Shown here one piece after another: positions 16,886-26,460 of a stretch of 32,000 bases of DNA (its first letter is position 1; every line of letters begins with the position of its first letter). The translations under genes and the position numbers were made by a program. The notes under the pieces are model-generated. The model saw only the letters and a program-made list of their open reading frames with translations, did no database searches and was not told the DNA's origin. This DNA is from Candidatus Saccharimonadota bacterium (GTDB lineage Bacteria; Patescibacteriota; Gracilibacteria; Absconditabacterales; Absconditicoccaceae), in the NCBI GenBank assembly GCA_030429145.1, contig JAUIDC010000001.1:150001-182000 (forward strand), read 5' to 3'.

Positions 16886-17938
16886 TTATGCGATAGTGAT
16901 ACCTTCTGTTGTTCCGCCAAATCTTGATTGGAAGTATGCAGGGATAAGTTCTTGTCTTGTCTTTTTATAAAGATTGACGAAGTTTACAGCAATATCTCCA
17001 TTGTTTTTCTTCCGAGTAATATCGTTTGCGTTGACAGTAAATGAGTGCTCAAATCATTTATTGGTGTGCGCAGTGAGTACAATGTTTGGATTCTTTTCAA
17101 AATCGAACGATGAGAGATCAAGCCATGAGTCACTTGTTCTGTTGATGAATGGTCCGAACGCAATTGAGTTTACACCATCGTCAGCACGCATCATATCGTG
17201 AAGCTCCTTTTGTTTTTTCGAAAGTCTGTCTCCTGCTCGACCTGCGTCTTTGCTACCAGGAAGGATATCTTCCAGTCTTGGCTTCAGGTGTCCTTGCTTG
17301 ATAAAGTATGTGAAAAGAGCCTCCTTATATTTTTTATTCTCTTTTTCGTGAAGCTGCTCAGGAGTCAATTTCTTTTCAGTCTTTTCTTTTGGCGCTGTTG
17401 GAGATTGCTCCAGATGCTTACTTTGATAGACAGCTATGATAGCATCCATCTCCTGCGAGGTGAGCAACATAGTCTTTGGATGTGCACGCTCAATGTTGTA
17501 GTAGGTACAGAAATCATCAAGCGCCCCAATAGTGGCTGGTCATTTCATGCCATCAGCATCTATATTGAAATTTTCAGAGCGAAGAATGAGCTGCAGTGGC
17601 ATAGTATAACCTACTCCTCTATTTCTGAGTACTGACTCGGAACCATTTTGGTCGATATCGGTTTTTAGTTGCTGAAGATATGAGAGCATTTCACCTGATG
17701 AAAATTGTGCTTCGAACTGCTTCTCAATCCCCTCCATGATGGTTTTATGCAAAGCTTTTGACTCTTTGCTGAGTTTTTCCATGCTTTCTTTTCGGTCTTC
17801 TTGATTTTCGATATACTGGGAAAATTCCTTATCGACCTGCTGAGCAATCCAAGGGTGCTTGATCTCAATGTCAGCTTTAGGAGTCGAATCCTGTTCTTTC
17901 TTCTCCTGTTTATCTGTTGCATCTTCTCTGAATGGCAT
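16886..17938 (-). CDS. hypothetical protein (350 aa)
   Basis: Track ORFs 17540..17938 and 17054..17470 plus a 3' piece join in one frame across TGA 17540-17542 and 17054-17056. Ends TAA 16886-16888. Acidic/Lys-rich N-terminal half. No family recognised. Confidence 0.6.
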
Positions 17939-17968
17939 CGGAAGATTTTTTGAAAAGAGTAAATATAG

Positions 17969-18091
17969 TTAATTATAGTAGGAAAGTAGTTTTTTGTCAA
18001 ATTTCATGCCGTTTGAGGGGGTAAAATGTGGCTTGGCTTGCATTTTGTTTGTTTTTTGGTAGAAAAAGCAGTAAGTAGTGCTATCTATCAC
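17969..18091 (-). CDS. possible small ORF (40 aa, GTG start) preceded by a perfect Shine-Dalgarno motif
   Basis: AAGGAGGG (reverse complement of 18101-18108) lies 9 nt upstream of GTG (18089-18091). The ORF ends TAA 17969-17971, 30 nt before the 350-aa gene. Speculative. Confidence 0.2.
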   Translation of the reverse strand: MIDSTTYCFFYQKTNKMQAKPHFTPSNGMKFDKKLLSYYN

Positions 18092-18114
18092 TGATTTTAT
18101 CCCTCCTTTTTCCC

Positions 18115-18420
18115 ATGGTGATTTTATACGAGATCATGAAAATCATCTTTCTGATATTGACGATCCTCATTGCTATTTTCTTCTTGAGAGGAAATTACAT
18201 CCTACCAGATGAGACGTTTACCTTCTATCAGAAGCTCCTCTTGCCACTTTTCCTTGTGCTTTGCGGTATTATGCTTGGCTATATTATAGCTCAGATTATG
18301 ATCGCGAAAGGAGACGAGAGCGAGAGTCCATCACGCCTGTATGTAAAAGCATTTACCATCGGGTTGATCATTGGTATCATCGGCGCTCTTCTTTATATTT
18401 TCTTTGGACAGTCATCATAA
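18115..18420 (+). CDS. small integral membrane protein (101 aa; alternative start ATG 18136)
   Basis: Intact ORF with three hydrophobic segments. TAA 18418-18420 overlaps the next ATG (TAATG). Confidence 0.6.
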   Translation: MVILYEIMKIIFLILTILIAIFFLRGNYILPDETFTFYQKLLLPLFLVLCGIMLGYIIAQIMIAKGDESESPSRLYVKAFTIGLIIGIIGALLYIFFGQSS

Positions 18421-18950
18421 TGAGAAAACGACATAAGTCTTTAGTTGCTTTCAGTGTCTTGTTTTTAGCGGGTTGTGGTGCGGCACCACAAACTGTTGTA
18501 CCTTTTGACGGCCTACAAGTGAGCGTACCACAAGAATACACCAGCGTGAGTTCTGCTGCCATAGACGGCTATCAGATCATCAATAAGATCCTCAAAGCAT
18601 ACAAGTTAGATACGAGAACGCTCATCGTTGCAAGAAGTGCACTCAATGCGAAGCTCTCGCCACAGGAGTATGCTTCTACCTCAAAAGAAAAGCTCGCGTT
18701 TGCGATGCCTGGTTATGAGCATATAGATGACGGGACCTCTCGCTTCGATTGTGGTGATGAAGAGATCGTAGGATACACCCATAAGTTCTCTATCGCTGAT
18801 AGCTCGTGAGAAGAAAACCCAGGGAAAACATACGTGATGCAATATTACTTTATCGCGCAATGAACACCATATATCATCTCACAGGCAGACCGCTCATCGT
18901 CACACTACTCCGACTTTACATCTCTGCTGAATTCATTAGAGTGTCGTTAA
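18420..18950 (+). CDS. lipoprotein (176 aa)
   Basis: 'MRKRHKSLVAFSVLFLAGCGAAPQ' is a signal peptide with lipobox LAGC. Two in-frame TGA (18807-18809, 18861-18863). Ends TAA 18948-18950. Translationally coupled to the upstream gene. Confidence 0.7.
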
Positions 18951-18996
18951 TCAACTCACGATAGACTACCTTTCTTTTACTTGTACATCATGAACA

Positions 18997-19770
18997 ATGA
19001 CAAACAAAGAAAACAGTGTTGCACTAGGTAATGAGCCACATAATAATACGGGCTGGCAAGTCTTTGCCAAGGCGGGCCTTGGCTTGGCAGTATGAGTTAT
19101 CATCGCTTTCCTGATCTTCATTATCCTCTTCCTTGCCAGCAGCATGTTTACGCAGGCACTCAGAAGCACTATCAATAGCCCTGGTGTTGCGAACACTGTC
19201 AATCCACTCCTCCCACTCGTATTGGTTATCATCGCATTTATCGCAACATTTGTCGGAAGCGTCATCCTTAGTGGTCTTTTCAACCTTTTCTACAGCAATA
19301 AATACTACGATCTCGGGAAAACATTCAGCGTCTCACTTCTTACAAACATCTTTCTTTTCTTTCTCATGATCCCGCTCTATATCCTCTTTTCACAGAGCAT
19401 CAATACGCTCTTCTACATTCTTGGGTTCCATATTATCTTCGCCATTTTCATCAGTTATGTCCAAGGAGAGTTTGTTACCAATCCAAACTACGCAGCATCA
19501 CATATGATCGGTTCAGTAATCGGAGCAGCAATCTCTATGATTGTCTTTGCTGTCGTAGCAAAAGGGCTCCAAGGAAACCAGAACATGCTCCTTATCCCTT
19601 CTATCCTTGGTTACATGTTCATACCATTTTTCCATGCACTTTGGGAGAAAATCTACTATAAGTTTTATGAAAATGGCAATAACTTCCTTTTCTTACCTTC
19701 ACTCAGCGAGATTATCGCATCTGAAGAGAACGTCACAACTGATGACGACATCACCGTTGAATCAAATTAG
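18997..19770 (+). CDS. polytopic membrane protein (257 aa)
   Basis: Track ORF 19144..19770 extends upstream across TGA 19093-19095 to ATG 18997. Multiple TM segments and an acidic C-terminal tail. Ends TAG. Confidence 0.6.
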
Positions 19771-19792
19771 ATTACTCATTGATTGCTAAAAT

Positions 19793-20182
19793 ATGATCAA
19801 ACTGAAGGCGTTCCGCCATCTCTCATTTATGAAAATACTGATTGGTGTGACACTCTTATGTGTCGCATTTTTCACTATCAATGTGTTTGAAGATCCCGGC
19901 ATCGGCATAAGCCTGCTCTTGTTCGGACTCTTTTTTCTTTCGTGGGGGTGAAGTTTTTTCCTTTTTATGTTTCTGCAAAATCTATTTCATCAATTTCCGC
20001 TTTCAGAGCAGAAAAAGCAGAAAGAAAGCTATAAGTTGTCACTTCTATTTGGATTATACATCCTTATCAATATCATCTTACTTATACTCGAAAAGCGGAC
20101 AAAACGAAATGGTTTTATGCTGCTTATGGTATTTATTATCGGACAGGTAATTTTATTTGTGCAACCGAAAGATGACAGATAA
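19793..20182 (+). CDS. membrane protein (129 aa)
   Basis: ATG 19793 is joined to track ORF 19967..20182 across TGA 19949-19951. About four hydrophobic segments. Ends TAA and overlaps the next gene by 11 nt. Confidence 0.5.
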
Positions 20183-20510
20183 GAACGAAGTGAACAACAA
20201 CATTCAAGAGATGAAAGAAACGATAATCACACAGCTCCAGTGAGTCTACGACCCCGAATTTCCACTTATAGATATCTGGACTATGGGTCTCATCTACGAG
20301 ATCACTATTGATGAAGACGAAAACAGCATCCACGTCTTGATGACACTGACCTCACCGAGCTGCCCCGCTGGTGACATCATCGAGCAAATGATCCGTAACG
20401 CCATCATCTCAGTCTATCCAGAATACATGCTAGAAATAGAAATTACTTTCGACCCAGCATGGAACTATGAGATGATGAAAGATGACGATTTGAAGAGGAT
20501 GTTTGAGTAA
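20172..20510 (+). CDS. DUF59 / SufT-like Fe-S assembly protein (MIP18 family)
   Basis: 112 aa. 'LQ-G-VYDPEFPLIDIWTMGLIYEI' (TGA 20241-20243) and 'HVLMTLTSPSCPAGD' carry the conserved Cys motif of DUF59. Confidence 0.75.
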
Positions 20511-20522
20511 TTATGCGAATGA

Positions 20523-20711
20523 TTATTTTGAAGTTCTCTCCAACAATTGATTTGTAACCCACATTTCTTGGGTTTCCTGTATGCAATCCTCTCTATCGTA
20601 ATAAAGCTCTAATGCTTTATTAATAATAGCTGATTTATTGGGCGACTCCTGCAACCTGTCCCAATATTGCATCTTAACTGAAATTGAGATTTTCTTTATT
20701 TTTGCAGACAT
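20523..20711 (-). CDS. ribbon-helix-helix (CopG/Arc-like) DNA-binding protein (62 aa)
   Basis: 'KKISISVKMQYWDRLQE..SPNKSAIINKALELYY' fits a beta-strand/helix/helix RHH pattern. Intact ORF, ends TAA. No adjacent toxin-like partner. Confidence 0.5.
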   Translation of the reverse strand: MSAKIKKISISVKMQYWDRLQESPNKSAIINKALELYYDREDCIQETQEMWVTNQLLERTSK

Positions 20712-20746
20712 ACCGACAGGGAGTATATGTATACTAAAAAGTACCG

Positions 20747-20779
20747 GTATGACTATTTTGAAATAGTCATACTTTTTTT
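20747..20779 (+). terminator. strong orphan hairpin plus T7 run (terminator-like, + strand orientation)
   Basis: GTATGACTATT (20747-20757) pairs perfectly with AATAGTCATAC (20762-20772) around loop TTGA, followed by TTTTTTT (20773-20779). There is no + strand gene immediately upstream; it lies in the leader region of the minus-strand RHH gene. Confidence 0.45.
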
Positions 20780-20877
20780 AAGTGGCACGAAATTTTTACC
20801 CTATAGTCCGTCTCTTTTCAAAAGAAATATTCTAAAAAATAAAAATAATATTATATTATAAGAATCGCAGTAATAGT

Positions 20878-20905
20878 AAAAAACGACCTATGTAGGTCGT
20901 TTTTT
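20878..20905. terminator. bidirectional intrinsic terminator after dnaK
   Basis: AAAAAA-CGACCTA-TG-TAGGTCG-TTTTTT, 19 nt after the dnaK stop. Confidence 0.65.
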
Positions 20906-20923
20906 GGTTATCATTATAAGTGA

Positions 20924-22843
20924 TTACTCTTTCTTCTCATCCTCTGCGTCAGCATCGACGACTTGAGCATCGTCAGATCCGGCTGTGTTTTCTGAGGCAC
21001 CTTTGTCGATGATGTCTTTAGGGTTTGGATTGGTTGCGTTGTTTTGCGCTCCGAATTTTTGGTAGAGTTCGTGGAACTCTTTGTGGAACCTGTCGGCTTC
21101 TTTGTCGAGTTCTTCCTTCGTTACGTCTTCCTTTGCTTGAAGAGCTTTTGCTTCTTCCATGAGCTTGGTAAGCTTTGCTTTTTCCTCTTCAGGAAGTTTG
21201 TCTGCATTATCTTTCTCCATAGTTTCCATCTGGTAGATCAATGCTTCGAGTTTGTTCTTCGCTTCTACTAGTTCCTTTCTCTTGCGGTCTTCCTCTGCAA
21301 ATTTCTCTGCATCCATTTGAGCCTGCTTGATCTCTTCATCAGAGATACCAGTAGCGCCCTGGATAGTCACTTTTTGTTCCTTACCAGTAGACTTCTCTTT
21401 AGCAGAAACATTGAGGATACCATTGGCGTCCATATCAAATGTTACTTCAATCTGCGCCTGTCCTCTCTTCATTGGAGGAATACCGTCAAGATTGAACATA
21501 CCAAGCGACTTGTTGTCTTTCGCGAATTGTCTTTCACCTTGCGTCACATGGATAGTTACCGCAGGTTGGTTATCTGATGCTGTAGTATAAATATTTGATT
21601 TTTTAGTAGGAACAGTTGTGTTTCTTGGGATCATCACATGTGCGAGACCTCCTTCAACCTCTACTGCCAATGAAAGTGGTGTCACGTCAAGCAAGAGAAT
21701 ATCCTGCACGTCACCCTGAATAATACCACCCTGGATAGCAGCACCTTGCGCGACTGCTTCATCAGGATTCACCGTTGATTTCGCTTCCTTACCAAATACA
21801 TCCTGCACCATCTTCTTCACTGCAGGGATACGAGTTGAACCACCTACAAGAAGGATCTCATTTACCTCACTTTTGTCGATCTTACTATCGCTGATAGCAT
21901 TGAGCACTGGTGCTTTACAACGCTCGATGAGGTCGGCACACATTTTATCAAATTGCGCCCTTGTAAGCGTTTCTTGAATATGCTTCGGCTCACCTTCTAC
22001 CGTTGTAACGAATGGAATGTTTACATCCACGCTGTCGGTCTGTGAGAGCTGCTTCTTTGCGTTTTCTGCTTCGTCTTTGATACGCTGAAGCGCTGAAGCA
22101 TTTTTAGAAAGATCAATTCCCTCCTTAGCTTTGAATCCTGCAAGAAGCCATTCCATGATACGCTGATCAAAGTCAGCACCACCAAGATGCGTGTCACCTG
22201 ATGTTGCTAGCACCTGGAATGTACCTTCTGAACCAATATCAAGGATAGTCACGTCGAATGTACCACCACCAAGGTCGAACACAACAATCTTCTCGTCTTT
22301 TTTCTTATTCTCACCGTATGCAAGCGATGCTGCAGTCGGTTCGTTGATGATTCTTTCTACCTTAAGTCCTGCGATCTCACCAGCTGCTTTAGTAGCGTTA
22401 CGCTGTGAGTCGTTGAAATATGCAGGCACAGTAATAACTGCTTGCGTGATAGTTTCACCAAGATGTTTTTCAGAGTCCTCTTTGATCTTCTTAAGGATGA
22501 ATGCTGAGATCTGCTCTGGCTTATACTCTTTACCGTCAACAACGATGAGCACTCCTCCATCTGATCCTTCTTTGATCTCATAAGGAACTGATTTATCCTC
22601 ATCAGTAAGTTCAGAGTATTTACGACCGATAAATCTCTTCACCTCATAAATGACATTTTGAGGCTCCAAAACAGCTTTACGTTTTGCAATCGTTCCAACA
22701 AGTAGTTGATCACCCTTGATGTACACGATAGAAGGAGTTGTTCTTCCACCATCTGAATTAGGGATCACTTCTGACTTGTCATTGAGTAGGTAAGCTGAAC
22801 ATGAGTTCGTTGTACCCAAGTCGATTCCAATTACTTTTGCCAT
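20924..22843 (-). CDS. dnaK: molecular chaperone DnaK (Hsp70)
   Basis: Intact 639-aa ORF with 'GIDLGTTNS', 'DLGGGTFDV', 'LVGGSTRIP' and an acidic C-terminus. No in-frame TGA. Ends TAA. Confidence 0.97.
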   Translation of the reverse strand: MAKVIGIDLGTTNSCSAYLLNDKSEVIPNSDGGRTTPSIVYIKGDQLLVGTIAKRKAVLEPQNVIYEVKRFIGRKYSELTDEDKSVPYEIKEGSDGGVLIVVDGKEYKPEQISAFILKKIKEDSEKHLGETITQAVITVPAYFNDSQRNATKAAGEIAGLKVERIINEPTAASLAYGENKKKDEKIVVFDLGGGTFDVTILDIGSEGTFQVLATSGDTHLGGADFDQRIMEWLLAGFKAKEGIDLSKNASALQRIKDEAENAKKQLSQTDSVDVNIPFVTTVEGEPKHIQETLTRAQFDKMCADLIERCKAPVLNAISDSKIDKSEVNEILLVGGSTRIPAVKKMVQDVFGKEAKSTVNPDEAVAQGAAIQGGIIQGDVQDILLLDVTPLSLAVEVEGGLAHVMIPRNTTVPTKKSNIYTTASDNQPAVTIHVTQGERQFAKDNKSLGMFNLDGIPPMKRGQAQIEVTFDMDANGILNVSAKEKSTGKEQKVTIQGATGISDEEIKQAQMDAEKFAEEDRKRKELVEAKNKLEALIYQMETMEKDNADKLPEEEKAKLTKLMEEAKALQAKEDVTKEELDKEADRFHKEFHELYQKFGAQNNATNPNPKDIIDKGASENTAGSDDAQVVDADAEDEKKE

Positions 22844-22886
22844 AGTTATATAGTATATAATAAGGTAAATTGTGTCTTTTCATAAA

Positions 22887-22912
22887 ATAGCACGTAGACA
22901 ATATAGTGCTAT
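22887..22912. promoter_or_regulatory. second, degenerate CIRCE-like inverted repeat
   Basis: ATAGCACGT-N8-TAGTGCTAT has the core TAGCAC/GTGCTA conserved and a spacer one nt short. About 45 nt upstream of the dnaK ATG. Confidence 0.4.
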
Positions 22913-22933
22913 GAAATCCAATTTCAAGAGAAA

Positions 22934-22960
22934 GTAGCACTTTTTTATGTTTAGTGCTAG
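22934..22960. promoter_or_regulatory. CIRCE-like inverted repeat (HrcA operator) upstream of dnaK
   Basis: GTAGCACTT-N9-TAGTGCTAG compared with consensus TTAGCACTC-N9-GAGTGCTAA: 7 of 9 in each arm and correct 9-nt spacer. About 100 nt upstream of the dnaK ATG. Confidence 0.55.
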
Positions 22961-22964
22961 CAAT

Positions 22965-22993
22965 AGAAAAAACCGACTATTTTAGCCGGCTTT
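22965..22993 (-). terminator. intrinsic terminator after the 23026..23760 gene
   Basis: The minus strand has an imperfect hairpin AAGCCGGCT-AAAA-TAGTCGGTT followed by TTTTTT. Confidence 0.45.
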
Positions 22994-23025
22994 CTTGATC
23001 TGTGAGGTATGAATAATCTCTTTTA

Positions 23026-23760
23026 TTAGTTCTGCGATTTTACTTTTCTGATCGTCTCGAGTTTTTCAAAGTAGTTCTTGAGGAGGTTTGTCCTTCCGAG
23101 GATGAATTTTTCAAATGCATCCATTTTTGCTTCATCAATATAGTTTGTTAGTGCTACTTTATATGTTTCAATAACACCTTCTGCTCTGAGATTCCACTGT
23201 GATTCTGTCATGAGATTGCTTGTACTAGCAGCAAGTTCGTAATCTCTGCGCATACTCTCTCTTGCATCGAGAAGAGTTTTGATAGCATCTGTGACAGCTT
23301 CTTGCATAGCTTCCATCTCTGCTCTTTCTACTCTCTTAAGAAAACGAAGGATGTAGCCACGCTCTGTACGATATGCTTTTACTGCTTCAGCATCTTGCTT
23401 AACGACTGTCCTTACAGCGGGCACATTATTATTGACATTTGTCTGAGGTCTTACAGTGCTATTTCCCGTTGTCACAGGAGGATTCTTTGTTCCCGTCATG
23501 ACATTACCAGTGATGTTTTTTGCACCATGCGTACTTGCAGGAAGTGTTGGTCTTCTATCAAGCACATCACGAAGCGATGGGCGACTTGAACGAGTATATG
23601 GGATATATTTACCTGGAGTTAGAGGCTTTGTATTAGTAGTAGGTTGTACATTTGGTTTACTTGTATCCGTTGCCGGATCTGTTTCCAAAATAAGTGTTGC
23701 CGAGGCGATACCGGTTACAACCAGTATTCCAACTAGTGTTCCAAGAAGCTGTTTCAGCAT
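23026..23760 (-). CDS. secreted hypothetical protein (244 aa from ATG 23760; alternative start 23793)
   Basis: 'MLKQLLGTLVGILVVTGIASA' is a signal or anchor. It is followed by a Pro/Thr/Asn-rich linker and a helical C-terminal domain. No TGA. Ends TAA. Confidence 0.6.
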   Translation of the reverse strand: MLKQLLGTLVGILVVTGIASATLILETDPATDTSKPNVQPTTNTKPLTPGKYIPYTRSSRPSLRDVLDRRPTLPASTHGAKNITGNVMTGTKNPPVTTGNSTVRPQTNVNNNVPAVRTVVKQDAEAVKAYRTERGYILRFLKRVERAEMEAMQEAVTDAIKTLLDARESMRRDYELAASTSNLMTESQWNLRAEGVIETYKVALTNYIDEAKMDAFEKFILGRTNLLKNYFEKLETIRKVKSQN

Positions 23761-23840
23761 TATTTGTTGTTTTATATATAAATATGATTCCACTATAGAA
23801 ATATAAGATAAAAAGGCAACCTGTAAATATGATAAAAAAA

Positions 23841-23859
23841 TATGTAGACTTTTATCTAC
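23841..23859. promoter_or_regulatory. shared motif copy A: A7-TATGTAGAC-N5-TCTAC (candidate operator)
   Basis: Contains inverted repeat TGTAGA/TCTACA. It lies between the divergent genes 23760(-) and 23914(+) and is nearly identical to 26461-26479. TATAAT at 23867-23872 follows. Confidence 0.35.
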
Positions 23860-23913
23860 ACGCCATTATAATAGTTATTGATAATATTTGTTTTTATTAG
23901 TTTGCTATTCTAC

Positions 23914-24687
23914 ATGGATCAGAGTCTCTTAGATGTCCTCAGTGACAACGGCTTGAATGAGAAAGAAGCGAAGGTATACGTTACCAATCTGCAACTTGGG
24001 ATGGCGCCCGTAAGCACCATCGCTAGACACATGCGTGAAAATAGAGTGACAGTATACTCTATCTTGAAAAACCTTATCAGTAAAGGTATTGCAAAGTCCT
24101 CTACGAAAAAAAATACGACCTACTATAGCGTTATCGACCCTGAGCAACTTGCAGGGAAAGCATCAGAAAAGGCTCAACGCATGCAGGAGATCGTTCCACA
24201 GTTGATGGCTATGGCTACCAAAGTTGATGCACCAGTGAAGACACAATTTTTTGAAGGACTGGAGGGATTGAAGACGATCTATACACAAATCATTACAGAG
24301 GGTGACAAGACTATGGAACCTGGAGAACCCTTTTTGTCATTCACCGGAGCTGGTAGCATAGACCCAAATCTTCTACAATACTTGGAAAAAGAGTTTATTC
24401 CACGAAGATTAACATTTCCAAGAAAAACGCTTGCTATCCTCTCAGGAAACGACTCATCATATGGGCAATATACACATAAGAAACACGAAAATATCATCAT
24501 AGAAGACCCTGTATTTGATCTCGCAAACGAGATTGTCGTTTATGGAAAAGATCAGGTTGCGATACTGATGTACTCCTCTGCTGAAATGGCTGCACTCGTC
24601 ATCCAGAGCCAGACTCTACACAATGCTCTCAAGTCTGTCTTCAATATCATCTGGAAGACCCACAAAAAACCTTTGAAAAAGAGGTAA
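23914..24687 (+). CDS. TrmB-family transcriptional regulator
   Basis: 'LLDVLSDNGLNEKEAKVYVTNLQLGMAPVSTIARHMRENRVTVYSILKNLISKGI' is the TrmB N-terminal winged HTH. Start taken at the inner ATG 23914 of track ORF 23878..24687. No TGA. Ends TAA. Confidence 0.75.
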   Translation: MDQSLLDVLSDNGLNEKEAKVYVTNLQLGMAPVSTIARHMRENRVTVYSILKNLISKGIAKSSTKKNTTYYSVIDPEQLAGKASEKAQRMQEIVPQLMAMATKVDAPVKTQFFEGLEGLKTIYTQIITEGDKTMEPGEPFLSFTGAGSIDPNLLQYLEKEFIPRRLTFPRKTLAILSGNDSSYGQYTHKKHENIIIEDPVFDLANEIVVYGKDQVAILMYSSAEMAALVIQSQTLHNALKSVFNIIWKTHKKPLKKR

Positions 24688-24733
24688 AATTTGCGTGAAA
24701 ACCCAGCATCTGTATAATTAAAAGGAGGTAATT

Positions 24734-24769
24734 TTGTCTACTGTACACGATGTATGGGTAAAACCTTAA
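24734..24769 (+). CDS. possible 11-codon leader ORF (TTG start) behind a perfect Shine-Dalgarno motif
   Basis: AAAGGAGGT (24721-24729) lies 4-5 nt upstream of TTG 24734. The frame reads LSTVHDVWVKP then TAA 24767-24769 and overlaps ATG 24754 of the large gene in another frame. Speculative. Confidence 0.15.
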   Translation: MSTVHDVWVKP

Positions 24770-26454
24770 GCAGTTTGAGAGGAAAAATTGAGAAAATGGA
24801 TAATATCCTGAGTTTTTCCATACCCGAATCAAAAGTTGTGCAGTACAATATCAATGGCACACCTAGCAACTTGGAAGAGATGCAATGGGATGAACATGCT
24901 GCATTGTATATTTGAAAGATGACTCCCGACAATAAAGGAATATACAACACAGAGAGCATTGAGTGAATGCTCCGCTTTGCTGCGATAAGAAAAAAACAAG
25001 AGAAACCAATACATATTGTCCTAGGACCAGAGCTTTATGCCACACTTGCTGAAGACAGAGAAGAAGAGTTTTTCAGCTACACGAGTCAAGAAATATTGGT
25101 GCAAAACATCGCAGAAGAAGTATGATTAAGTGCTTCCGACATACACATCGAAGATATGGCCAGCATGCATGAAGCACTTTTTACTGCTCTTAAAACACAT
25201 GGAATTGATAGCTTAAATGAAACTACTCCCCTCAGAGAAAAATGAGAAGTAAGCAGTCTCGACATCGCTCAACATCTCTACACTCTTTCCCTCAAACATC
25301 CTGAGCTACAAAAATTATTTTTTAATACTGTCCCTAGTGAACTCAAAAAAAAACTACCAAAGAACCACCCTCTCTGGTATTATGGACTTATTGAGATTGC
25401 CTGCAGGCTCTTTGACTTCAAACAGGGCATCACCATGCAAGGATGAGTAGTAAGGCAAAAAAAATATGACGACGTTCTCCTTGAGCTACTAGATAGCGAT
25501 TCTGCAAGTATGCCAGCGCTAACAGATCTTCAATGATGGCTGCAAAAGCAAATAAACATCAGTGACACGCCGTTTTCTACATGGTATTTTAAAAACAAAA
25601 CATATTTGGATCTCCTCCCCAAAGAAAAAGAAAAACAACAACTAAAAAGCAAACTAACAAACCTCACAGCTATCGTTTCTATAGCCGTTGCTTCTGCGCT
25701 CCTCGGTTGAACAAGTGTCAAACTATATAATGAGCACCAAACGAAGAAGAAAGAGCGCACCAGACAGGAGTATCTTATGAAACAAAAGTTAGAGCACGAA
25801 ACGGTCTGAGTATGAATAGGCTCTGTTGTAGATTATAATTCATATGCAAGCAACGAGAAAAAAATACAACTATTACAAACTACGGCTAACAACGTATACT
25901 ACTATCTCATAGATCGCTATGATATTGACCCACACTCGCAAAAAATCATCAAAAGCATCATAAAAGACGCCCTTCTTGAGAGCGATCAGCATGGAACTCT
26001 CCCTATCAATACCATCAATAGTGATATTGATGAGATCGAAAATCGCTGTCATGCATTTATCGAACAAGACCTCGTCCCTCAACATGCTATAGCGCTCACA
26101 ACAGCTGGCATGGATATCAGACCATATAGCAAATGGATTACACATAAAAACACTTTCGAAGAAACCGTAAACATGCATGAGCAGTTTACCGTAACAGGGA
26201 GCTTTGCCGAAAGAGACTGAGGAAATAATCCGCTAGATCGCTTTGGTGCAAGCGTTGAATCCCTTGGAACATTTACCAATAGTGACAATAAAAAATACGA
26301 ACTTAAACGCGTCAGGATAGATAAAAATAGTATGGTACAAGTCTATCACAAAGAATTTATCGTTGCAAGACCTCTCTACGACGGTACAGACACCTATACT
26401 ACCGACACTGCTAAACTCGTAGCAAAAGAATTGTTAGAAATTCGAGACAAATAA
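24754..26454 (+). CDS. hypothetical single-pass membrane protein (566 aa; alternative start ATG 24796)
   Basis: Frame 1 is open for about 1.7 kb only with TGA=Gly (10 in-frame TGA). The standard-code track shows nothing on this strand. One central hydrophobic segment, 'LTAIVSIAVASALLGG'. Ends TAA 26452-26454. No family recognised. Confidence 0.6.
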
Positions 26455-26460
26455 AAAAAT

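Noticed and set aside
20523-20711. The RHH protein as the antitoxin of a toxin-antitoxin pair.
   Set aside because: There is no co-oriented toxin-sized ORF upstream or downstream under either code. The downstream neighbour is a convergent DUF59 gene. It is kept only as a stand-alone RHH regulator.
24647-26288. Several minus-strand ORFs (for example 25530..25760, 25873..26178, 26079..26288).
   Set aside because: They are antisense to the 1.7-kb + strand frame open under code 25. They are mutually overlapping, Cys/Phe-rich, and have no motifs.
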